DNA of 64,000 nucleotides. Origin: Candidatus Adamsella avium (GTDB taxonomy: Bacteria; Cyanobacteriota; Vampirovibrionia; Gastranaerophilales; CAJFVJ01). The notes below the pieces were generated by a model. It saw only the letters and a program-made list of their open reading frames with translations. It had not been told where the DNA came from and made no database searches. Location: assembly GCA_904420445.1 (NCBI GenBank), contig CAJFVJ010000001.1:193266-257265 (forward strand), in the 5' to 3' direction. Position numbers and translations under genes: made by a program. The first letter of the stretch is position 1, and each line of letters begins with the position of its first letter. Of this stretch, positions 29,317-37,179 are shown piece by piece.

Positions 29317-31146
29317 TTAAAAAGTATTGTATAACGATGGAGCAATTACGATAAATTTTCTTACCAACGTTTTATCCCACTGGATGCCTGCACCGCATTT
29401 CAAAATTTCAAGAGATTTTTCGAGGCTTAAACCTTTTCTGTACGGTCTGTCACTGATAAGGGCATGGAATGCGTCAGCTACCGAAACAATTCTTGCATCA
29501 AGAGGAATTTCTTCTCCCCTCAACCCGCAGGGATAACCTGAGCCATCCCAGTGTTCATGGTGATGTTTGACCATAGGGATAAGATGTTTCAAAGATTCAA
29601 TAGGTTCAATTACTTTTTCCGCACCAATGACAGGATGCTGCTTCATAATCTCCCACTCATCATCGCTGAGTCTGTCAGGTTTTGTCAACACAGATTCTGG
29701 GATACCTATTTTGCCGACGTCATGAACAAGTGCACCGAGTTTGATACGCTCAACTTCTTCCTGAGGAAGTTCAAGAGCCCTCGCAAGAGCTTCCGCATAA
29801 CGGGATACTGACATCGAATGACCTTTGGTATAAGTATCCTTCGCATCAATTGCTCCTGCTAATGATGTTATGGTTTCTATAAGATGTGAATTTGAAGTTA
29901 TTGTTTCTTTGTGGAGTTTATCGACAAGTTCTTCTTCAAAGTTAATCCCGAATTGAGCATGTTTTTTGGTAATTACCGCAGCAAACGAATCAAGAGCCGT
30001 CTCACTCCAGAAATCAAAATCATTTGCACTGACAATATTTGATTTTCCATCCTGTGATGACTTGTGTTTTGCCATCATCAATGCCTGCTCTGTTTGTATA
30101 AGCAGCTTTTCCTGAGTGCGTGAACAACTCGGGAAAGATGCAATACCAAAACTTGCTTTGATAGCTCCGACATCATCAACCATACAGCAAGAAAGAGCAT
30201 GATTGATGTATTCAACCACATACATTGCCTGCTGGTGGTTGTGATTAGGAAGAATAATCGCAATCTCATCACCGCCGTATCTTGCAGCAAAGCCTTTCCC
30301 CGCAACGGCTTTTTCAACAGTCTTTGCTACTGTTTTAATAACTTCATCACCACGGGAAAAACCGTAATCTCTGTTGATAGTCCAAATATTTTGGATATCT
30401 AAAACAGCTATAGACAAAGGAGTTTCGTTCTCTTGTGCCTGCTTAAGCTCATGACGCAGTGTTTCCTGATAAACTCTATGAGTCATCAGATTAGTAAGAG
30501 GGTCTCTGTCATCGCCGATTTTTACCTTTGCAAGAAGTTTCAAATTTGACATATAAGTACTTGCATAGTTCACAAGAATGTTCAAAATTCTATTGTTATG
30601 AGGATTTGCAACATTCATTCCCACAATGAAAATACCTATACATCTGCCCTGCTCGACTATAGGAAGAAGAAGCGCAGGAGAATTTTGAAGATAGTTAATA
30701 TTCAAAAAAGCAGTTGTCCCGACTGTAACTTCCTTTTTCTCGTTTATGCATTGTGCAACAGGGCTGCTTGCCTCATGGGCAAAGACTTTTGTAGAAAATA
30801 CATTGCTTATTCTGTCAACAAGTTTTACATCAATTGCCCCTGATGAATTGATAAAACCAACCGCAGAAAAATTGTAGTTCAGTTTGTTTATTACAATATG
30901 GTGTAAATAAAACAATACATCTTCTATATTTTTCTTCGAGCTTATGTTAGAGCAAAAGTCCGTTATAATATCAAGTGCATCAACATTATTAATTTGATTT
31001 GAGAAAAATTGCTGCTTATTATAACCGCCATACAAACGGTTAGCTGATTTTTTAGGACCGCCAATATGCGCAAGACTTATCGGATTGCTGCTTTTTTCCA
31101 CACTTTGACTGTCACTTGATCTAACCAACTTCGATTCAGGATTCAA
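29317..31146 (-). CDS. GAF-GGDEF-HD-GYP composite c-di-GMP turnover protein
   Basis: 609 aa; GGDEF domain with RYGGDEIAIIL; HD-GYP domain with HDVGKIGIP and HHHEHWDGSGYP; GAF-like N-terminal region. Confidence 0.85.
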   Translation of the reverse strand: MNPESKLVRSSDSQSVEKSSNPISLAHIGGPKKSANRLYGGYNKQQFFSNQINNVDALDIITDFCSNISSKKNIEDVLFYLHHIVINKLNYNFSAVGFINSSGAIDVKLVDRISNVFSTKVFAHEASSPVAQCINEKKEVTVGTTAFLNINYLQNSPALLLPIVEQGRCIGIFIVGMNVANPHNNRILNILVNYASTYMSNLKLLAKVKIGDDRDPLTNLMTHRVYQETLRHELKQAQENETPLSIAVLDIQNIWTINRDYGFSRGDEVIKTVAKTVEKAVAGKGFAARYGGDEIAIILPNHNHQQAMYVVEYINHALSCCMVDDVGAIKASFGIASFPSCSRTQEKLLIQTEQALMMAKHKSSQDGKSNIVSANDFDFWSETALDSFAAVITKKHAQFGINFEEELVDKLHKETITSNSHLIETITSLAGAIDAKDTYTKGHSMSVSRYAEALARALELPQEEVERIKLGALVHDVGKIGIPESVLTKPDRLSDDEWEIMKQHPVIGAEKVIEPIESLKHLIPMVKHHHEHWDGSGYPCGLRGEEIPLDARIVSVADAFHALISDRPYRKGLSLEKSLEILKCGAGIQWDKTLVRKFIVIAPSLYNTF

Positions 31147-31288
31147 TTTTATATACCTTATTAAAAATTAAAGACATACCTAACTAATCATGTAAAAACA
31201 TACTGACTTAAAAAATTGCCTCAATTTTAAAATCTTTACATATTTATTTTATCAATTTTTCAAAAAATAAAGAAGATATTGTTAAAGA

Positions 31289-31317
31289 AGTGTAAATATA
31301 CAATTAATATTTACACT
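31289..31317 (-). terminator. Hairpin terminator after the NMO/FabK-like gene
   Basis: AGTGTAAATAT-acaatta-ATATTTACACT, 11-bp stem 34 nt past the stop at 31351; T-rich on the minus strand after the stem. Confidence 0.5.
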
Positions 31318-31350
31318 CCTTTCATAATTTACAAACCGAATTTCACAAAT

Positions 31351-32355
31351 TTAGAAATTTGCTTTGATTTCCCGCTCGAGTCTTTTGAATATTTCCTTCA
31401 CAGGAAGAATTTCATGAATATTCAACAAACTTTTTCCGGTAAAGAACAAACCGTTTTCGACATCTCCTGAGCAGCTTAGGTTCAGAGCCTTCATAATACA
31501 AAAACTTCCCGAACAATGTTTCAAACAGCGGTCGCAATGCTGCGGTTTCGGAGCCTTGTTTTCCAAAAGTTTTTTTGTAAAGTTAGAAACAATTGCTCTC
31601 GCCTGCAAACCGACAGGACTGAGAATTTTCACAATATCACTTTCTTTTGCGCTGACAAGCATTTTCTTAAACTTATCAGACGCTTCACACTCATCGCTGA
31701 GCAGAAATCTTGTTCCCATCTGGACACCATCTGCGCCCATTTTCAAAAACTTGGCAATATCAAAACCGTTTGCTATTCCGCCTGCTGCAATCAGCGGGAT
31801 GGCATGTTTTCCCTCAGGAGCCGAGTCATCCAAGGCTTTTCTTACCTCGGGTAATAACTCGTCAAGCGACTTATCAGTTCCGAGGTGTCCGCCTGCATCT
31901 CCGCTTTCAAGAACAACAGCACTTGCTCCGAGTTTTTGTGATAATGCTGCCAGCTTCGGCGAGCTGACTATGGGGACTATAGGAGTATGGTGTTTTCTTC
32001 CTTCTTCGAAGATATCTCTTGAGAATCCCGCCCCGAAGAAGATAATGTCAATACCCTCTTCCATCGATACTCTGGCGAGCATGCTGAATTCTCTTGCCGC
32101 AAACATAATGTTAACACCAATCAGACCGTCATGATTTTTCTGCAAGCTGCGTGCAAGACGAATTTGAGAACGCAATTCTTCTTCTGTCAAACCAGATGCG
32201 CCGATAATACCGACACCACCGCAGTTTGCTACGGCAGCGGCTAATTTTGCCGTGCTGACTTTGATTGCCATTCCGCCCTGGACAATCGGATTTTTGGCAA
32301 ACAAACCATTGCCAAAATCAAGTTTTGGCAATTTGAAAATTTTTTCTTTTTCCAT
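31351..32355 (-). CDS. FMN-dependent nitronate monooxygenase / FabK-like enoyl-ACP reductase family protein with Cys-rich C-terminal extension
   Basis: 334 aa; GGMAIKVSTAKLAAAVANCGGVGIIG, AGGHLG, IAAGGIANG; extra C-terminal HCDRCLKHCSGSFC cluster. Confidence 0.8.
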   Translation of the reverse strand: MEKEKIFKLPKLDFGNGLFAKNPIVQGGMAIKVSTAKLAAAVANCGGVGIIGASGLTEEELRSQIRLARSLQKNHDGLIGVNIMFAAREFSMLARVSMEEGIDIIFFGAGFSRDIFEEGRKHHTPIVPIVSSPKLAALSQKLGASAVVLESGDAGGHLGTDKSLDELLPEVRKALDDSAPEGKHAIPLIAAGGIANGFDIAKFLKMGADGVQMGTRFLLSDECEASDKFKKMLVSAKESDIVKILSPVGLQARAIVSNFTKKLLENKAPKPQHCDRCLKHCSGSFCIMKALNLSCSGDVENGLFFTGKSLLNIHEILPVKEIFKRLEREIKANF

Positions 32356-32363
32356 TTTTGCTC

Positions 32364-32678
32364 CTATTCTTGAGTTACATGTGCTTGTTGATGTTTTTTA
32401 TAACAATCGGAGCAATAAACTGGTTTATCTTCGCGCGGTTTAAATGGTACGGTTGTTTGTGTTCCACAATCAGAACATGTTATCTCATAACGCATATCAA
32501 ATCTGAGTCTTTTTTTTCTGTTTTGCATTTTTTTTGCATTTCTGCATGCTTTACATCTTTTGGGTTCTTCAAATCCTTTTTGTGAATAAAACTCTTGTTC
32601 TTCTGCTGTGAATACAAAAGTCTGACCACAGTCAGAACATACGATTTCTCGATCTTGAAAATTTTCTTCGCTAAACAT
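32364..32678 (-). CDS. Double zinc-ribbon protein (CxxC...CxxC twice)
   Basis: 104 aa; CSDCGQTFVF..EEQEFY..PKRCKACR and CSDCGTQTTVPFKP..PVYCSDCY; 8 nt upstream of the NMO-like gene. Confidence 0.7.
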   Translation of the reverse strand: MFSEENFQDREIVCSDCGQTFVFTAEEQEFYSQKGFEEPKRCKACRNAKKMQNRKKRLRFDMRYEITCSDCGTQTTVPFKPREDKPVYCSDCYKKHQQAHVTQE

Positions 32679-32754
32679 TTTTAATCTTTCTTTGTTTTAA
32701 ATTTTATACCTCTCCCATTATCTACTTTTTTTCACAAAAAGTAAAGCAAGAATA

Positions 32755-32907
32755 TTTGGAATTTATATAGCAAATTCCGCAGATACTATTAAAAGTAAGT
32801 CATTTTGAGGGCTTTAGCCCGAAGAATCCTTTTTGTTTAGATACTTCGCTATCGCTAAGTATGACGTTGTTCTGGGAATTTTTGACAGAATTTGCCATAT
32901 AAACCCC
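32755..32907. repeat. MITE-like repeat, copy A (142-bp core 32762-32903 with ~21-bp imperfect terminal inverted repeats and a central long hairpin)
   Basis: About 85-90 percent identical by eye to 60805-60958. Left end TTTATATAGCAAATTCCGCAG versus reverse complement of right end TTTATATGGCAAATTCTGTCA. Central GTCAT...ATGAC hairpin 32799-32865. Confidence 0.75.
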
Positions 32908-32922
32908 GAATATTTTCAGACA

Positions 32923-34134
32923 CTATTTGGGCAAATTTTCTTCCTTAATATACTGCTCTGCTAAAAGCTCTACAGGGTTGTATATCTTGATATTTTCCCC
33001 TCTCTTTGACAGCCCCTGCAATATTCCAAGAGTGCATGATGAGCACGATGTCAAAACTATGTCCGCTTTCTCCTCAAGTTTTGCAGCTTTCTTCTTCGAA
33101 ATTTCTTTTGAAAGCTTACCATGTTCAAAGCAAAACAGACCGGCAGCACCGCAGCAGAGATGTGTTTCATCTTTTTCGAAATTATCAACAAAACCCATCT
33201 TCTTCACAGCTTTCCATATACTTTCTTTATCCTTGAGATGGCATGGGATATGCTCGCTTACAATTTTGTTAAATTTAACTTCAGACGGAACATAAACCTC
33301 CTGCTCATCGATAAAGTTATTCAGATGTATAAGCTTATTTTTCAGGATTTTTGTTTTTTTGCTGTTCAAAACATCATCGTATAACTCAAATGCCTTATGA
33401 CATGAAGCACAATCAAACACCACATAATCAACATCATCAGGTATCATATCAAGGTTCAATACGGCATTGCGATAAAAAGTTTCAAAGTCCCCTGCGCTGA
33501 GATGGGCAACTGAACAACATCTCAACCCCTCCGGGATAATAAGTTCAAAACCGTTTTTTTCAGCCAGCATACGCATTGAATTAAGAATTGACTTGTTGAA
33601 ATAAGTGTTAACACACCCGGGGAAATAGAACACTTTTAGCCCTAGTTGTCTTGCAGACTTGAGCTTTTTGTATCTGACATTCTCTTCGAGAAATCTCTTT
33701 ATAACAGAACCGAACGAAAAAACGGAAAGAAGATTGTACAACCCCAAAAAGCGTGCAATATCAACACATCTGCCTGCTGTTTCCAGAAAAATATTTGAGT
33801 TAAGCAAAAATAACTTCAACTTCTTTGAAAGCGGGGCGTACTTGTAGCATTCAATCTTCGCCGAAGTAATAATCTTCTCTGCGTCAATATCAGACGGGCA
33901 ATAACTCTTGCAAGCGTCACAGTGCAGGCACATATCAAGATTTTTATAAACTTTTTTATTGAAAGCCATATTTCCGTTCAAAATGCCGTTCAGCAAAGAA
34001 AATTGACCTCTTGAAACAACAGTTTCAAGCCCTGTTGTTTTGTAAAGAGGGCAAATCCCCTGACAAAGCCCGCAGCGTGAGCAGCTGTATATTTCTTCCT
34101 TATACTCTTCAAATTTTTTCATTCTATTTACCAT
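32923..34134 (-). CDS. (Fe-S)-binding oxidoreductase subunit, GlcF/LutA-like (two 4Fe-4S motifs plus CCG domains)
   Basis: 403 aa; CSRCGLCQGICP and CLHCDACKSYCP ferredoxin motifs, C-terminal cysteine-rich CCG-type repeats (CCSVAH, CCGAAG); start overlaps the GlcD-like stop by 7 nt. Confidence 0.8.
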   Translation of the reverse strand: MVNRMKKFEEYKEEIYSCSRCGLCQGICPLYKTTGLETVVSRGQFSLLNGILNGNMAFNKKVYKNLDMCLHCDACKSYCPSDIDAEKIITSAKIECYKYAPLSKKLKLFLLNSNIFLETAGRCVDIARFLGLYNLLSVFSFGSVIKRFLEENVRYKKLKSARQLGLKVFYFPGCVNTYFNKSILNSMRMLAEKNGFELIIPEGLRCCSVAHLSAGDFETFYRNAVLNLDMIPDDVDYVVFDCASCHKAFELYDDVLNSKKTKILKNKLIHLNNFIDEQEVYVPSEVKFNKIVSEHIPCHLKDKESIWKAVKKMGFVDNFEKDETHLCCGAAGLFCFEHGKLSKEISKKKAAKLEEKADIVLTSCSSCTLGILQGLSKRGENIKIYNPVELLAEQYIKEENLPK

Positions 34135-35525
34135 ATCTTGTGAGGATTGAGTATGTTCTCAGGGTCAAATACATCTTTAATCTGCTTCATATAACGATAA
34201 GCAGGAGCATTTTTATCAAGATATTTCGACTTTGTCATCCCTATGCCATGCTCGCCCGTTATACTTCCGCCTAAAGAAGATGCATACTCAAAAAATTCAT
34301 CCTTCAATTTCTCAAAATTTTCTCTTTGTTTTTCATCACGCAAGTCAAGAGAGAAATTCGGATGGATGTTTCCATCTCCGGCATGTCCCATAATACATGC
34401 CATAATTCCGTATTTTTCGCAGAGCTCTTTAATCTTCTTTACCATATCGGTAATCTTATCCTGAGGGACAACTGCGTCTTCAGTTACAACGTCTGGTGCA
34501 AGCTTTGCAACAGCTCCAAAAGCGGAACGGCGGGCAAACCATATCTTTTCTGATTCTTCCTTGTTTTTGGCAACCACAAAATCAGTTGCACAAAAGAGCT
34601 TGCAGACTTTTTCTATTTTTGAACTCTGAGTCGTTATCTCCTGTTCATCAGAACCGTCAACTTCTATAATCAAACATGCCTCAGCTTCCTTGAACACACC
34701 TGTCGGGTAGAATTTTTCGATTGTAACAATAGTGTTTCTGTCAATCAAATCAAGAACAGACGGCGTAAGCTTTGCCTGAATAACAGCCCTCACCGCATCA
34801 GAGGCTCTTTCTACCTGATCAAAAAACGCAAGCATAATTTGTCTGCACATCGGTTTTGGAATAAGTCTGAACGTAGCTTCGGTTATAATCCCAAGAGTTC
34901 CTTCTGAACCAACAAAAAGGTTTGTCAAATTATACCCGCTGACATTCTTTTTCACCGCCATGCCCGTATGGAAAATTTCACCTTGAGCATTCACAACTTC
35001 CAAATCGAGGGTATATTCATTCATTCCTCCATACTTAAAATGACGCGGCCCGCTCGAAGAAAGAGCTAGTGCACCCCCGACTGTTGACACTTTCAGATTT
35101 GAAGGGTCAGGCGGGAAGAAAAACCCGAGATTTTCGACAGCTGTCTGCAAATCCTGCAGGACAACACCGGGCTGAACACGGCAGGTTAAGTTTTTTATGT
35201 CTATATCAAGTATTTTATTCATCTTGGAAAAATGAATTATAATCCCTCCGTCCACTGCAACGCATCCGCCGACATGATTTGTTCCCGCACCGCGTGGAAT
35301 AATCGGCAGCTTGTAATAAGCCGCTATTTTCACTATCTCTGACACCTGCCTAGCATCAGAAGGAAGTACAACATAATCAGGCATCATAACACTGTAGCCA
35401 TGGCTCATGGTATCAAAAGAGTAGCAATATAAGTCTTCTTTTTCGTAAAGTACATTATCCTTTCCTACTATAGAGGATAGTTTTGATAAAATTTCATTTT
35501 GTTTTGGAGATAAAGTTCTTACCAT
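34128..35525 (-). CDS. FAD-linked oxidase, GlcD / D-lactate dehydrogenase-like
   Basis: 465 aa; FAD-binding PCMH domain (PIIPRGAGTNHVGG), C-terminal GGSITGEHGIG motif. Confidence 0.85.
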   Translation of the reverse strand: MVRTLSPKQNEILSKLSSIVGKDNVLYEKEDLYCYSFDTMSHGYSVMMPDYVVLPSDARQVSEIVKIAAYYKLPIIPRGAGTNHVGGCVAVDGGIIIHFSKMNKILDIDIKNLTCRVQPGVVLQDLQTAVENLGFFFPPDPSNLKVSTVGGALALSSSGPRHFKYGGMNEYTLDLEVVNAQGEIFHTGMAVKKNVSGYNLTNLFVGSEGTLGIITEATFRLIPKPMCRQIMLAFFDQVERASDAVRAVIQAKLTPSVLDLIDRNTIVTIEKFYPTGVFKEAEACLIIEVDGSDEQEITTQSSKIEKVCKLFCATDFVVAKNKEESEKIWFARRSAFGAVAKLAPDVVTEDAVVPQDKITDMVKKIKELCEKYGIMACIMGHAGDGNIHPNFSLDLRDEKQRENFEKLKDEFFEYASSLGGSITGEHGIGMTKSKYLDKNAPAYRYMKQIKDVFDPENILNPHKIW

Positions 35526-35640
35526 AATTCACAAATCCTGCCTTACGATAAAATTATAGTGCAAATATCAAATTCATTACACTTTTTTCGCATAAAAATA
35601 AATTCCCAATATGTTAAGCTGTAAAAAAAGGAATTAAGAG

Positions 35641-35886
35641 ATGGCTCATACAGTAGTGAAAGAGATATATTCGGAAGAATTGAAGAAATATATCAAATGC
35701 GAAGTTCTTGTGATGGATGAAGAAGAAAATATCCCGAGAACAGACCGCAGAGAAGTGTTGTTATATTGTCAGGGTGAAAACATGACAGATGACAGATATG
35801 AAGACTACGATGAATCTGTCATGGATACTTATCCTGAAACAGAATTGATTGAACAGTATGAAGAATTTAACGATGAAAGAGACTAA
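35641..35886 (+). CDS. Small highly acidic hypothetical protein
   Basis: 81 aa, D/E-rich (EDYDESVMDTYPETELIEQYEEFNDERD); RBS-like AAGGAATTAAGAG upstream; its stop overlaps the convergent tsaB stop by 4 nt. Confidence 0.45.
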   Translation: MAHTVVKEIYSEELKKYIKCEVLVMDEEENIPRTDRREVLLYCQGENMTDDRYEDYDESVMDTYPETELIEQYEEFNDERD

Positions 35887-36551
35887 TTCTTTGGTTTTGG
35901 CATAGTAATAGACGGCGGTTGAATATACAAAGGCTTAAGAAGAGCAAAATTGAAGTTGCCTCCTCTTTTCAGATGCTCATATCCCAACTTCAATAAATTA
36001 CGCCCCAAATCATAATTAGTCTCTTCATAATTTAAAGCTTCAATACCATGTTCTTTGAGAATAGATGATATCTTGGTATCAGCGACAATAAAATATTTGT
36101 TATCAGAGGCTTTTTTTATTGCATCATCGAGGTCGAGCGCCGACGGCGGCAAAATTTCTTCAGACCTCGAATATATAGCGGCATAAGCCTTATGCTTTCT
36201 TGCATCCATCAGACATAAAGACGCTTTTTCAGAATCATTCAGCGAAGATAATATCTCAAGAGAGGACACTCCGACTACATCAATATCAAGCTGTTGACCG
36301 AGCATTCTTGCAACGGTATTGCAGGTTCTTATTCCTGTAAAACTGCCCGGGCCGACATTTGTTATAACAGCACCTATGTCAGTAATCTTTAGAGAGTTAT
36401 CAGATAAAATTTCTTTTATTTTTTCCGTCAAAAACTCCGAGTGATAAATCCCTTCTTTGCTCTCAACAATCTGCGAGCCAAGAATTTGTTCATCACGCCC
36501 AAGCGAGATATATGTCCTGTTCAAACTTGTATCAAACGCCAGCAAATACAC
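35883..36551 (-). CDS. tsaB: tRNA t6A37 biosynthesis protein TsaB
   Basis: 222 aa; LAFDTS N-terminus, GPGSFTGIR motif; directly downstream of tsaE. Confidence 0.85.
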   Translation of the reverse strand: MYLLAFDTSLNRTYISLGRDEQILGSQIVESKEGIYHSEFLTEKIKEILSDNSLKITDIGAVITNVGPGSFTGIRTCNTVARMLGQQLDIDVVGVSSLEILSSLNDSEKASLCLMDARKHKAYAAIYSRSEEILPPSALDLDDAIKKASDNKYFIVADTKISSILKEHGIEALNYEETNYDLGRNLLKLGYEHLKRGGNFNFALLKPLYIQPPSITMPKPKN

Positions 36552-37023
36552 TTTTCAAACTCTCTTCTAATTTATTGTACAACTTTTCATGTTTATCGCC
36601 GCAAGCTTCAAAACAAAATTCACGGGTATTTTCGTCTATATAATTTATTCTAATATCCATCCTGTCCTTTGAAAGCTGGTCATTCGAAAATTCCGCCCAC
36701 TCGACAAGAGTAAGGGCATGGTCATCTTCGCCGTATTCTTCAAGCTCATCAAGAATCGTAGATACACCTTCTTTTTCAAGACGATACAAATCAAAATGAT
36801 ACATGGGAATGTTCCCCGAGTGATACTCATTCAATATAACAAAACTCGGACTTGTTATTTTTTCTTCAATCCCAAGATATTTGCCTATAAACTTCGTAAG
36901 TGCCGTCTTTCCCGCACCGACACTGCCATAAAGACAAATTAATCCCCCGCTGTTTTCACACACGGCGGCAATAGCTTTGCCTATTTTTTCGGTATCATCC
37001 AAAGATTTTGATATAATTCTCAC
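36532..37023 (-). CDS. tsaE: tRNA t6A37 biosynthesis ATPase TsaE
   Basis: 163 aa; P-loop GSVGAGKTALTK, SPSF, HFDLYRL motifs. Confidence 0.9.
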   Translation of the reverse strand: MRIISKSLDDTEKIGKAIAAVCENSGGLICLYGSVGAGKTALTKFIGKYLGIEEKITSPSFVILNEYHSGNIPMYHFDLYRLEKEGVSTILDELEEYGEDDHALTLVEWAEFSNDQLSKDRMDIRINYIDENTREFCFEACGDKHEKLYNKLEESLKSVFAGV

Positions 37024-37179
37024 GTAACTATTCCCTTTATCAAAATGAATTATACCCTAAAAAATACTTTTTATTAAAAAAAATAAATTTATTTCCAAAT
37101 TCTGTCAAAAAAAATTTTTCATATGCCTTAAAAACACATATAATTATCTCATATCAGAAAAGAATTAAAGAGGTTAAAA

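Noticed and set aside
31556-32134. 192-aa plus-strand ORF antisense to the FabK/NMO-like gene (and similar long antisense ORFs at 12538-13050, 24126-24608, 40758-41294, 62110-62697)
   Set aside because: Each lies entirely inside a strongly supported gene on the other strand, and their S/P/F/C-rich composition is typical of antisense translation. None has an RBS or motifs.
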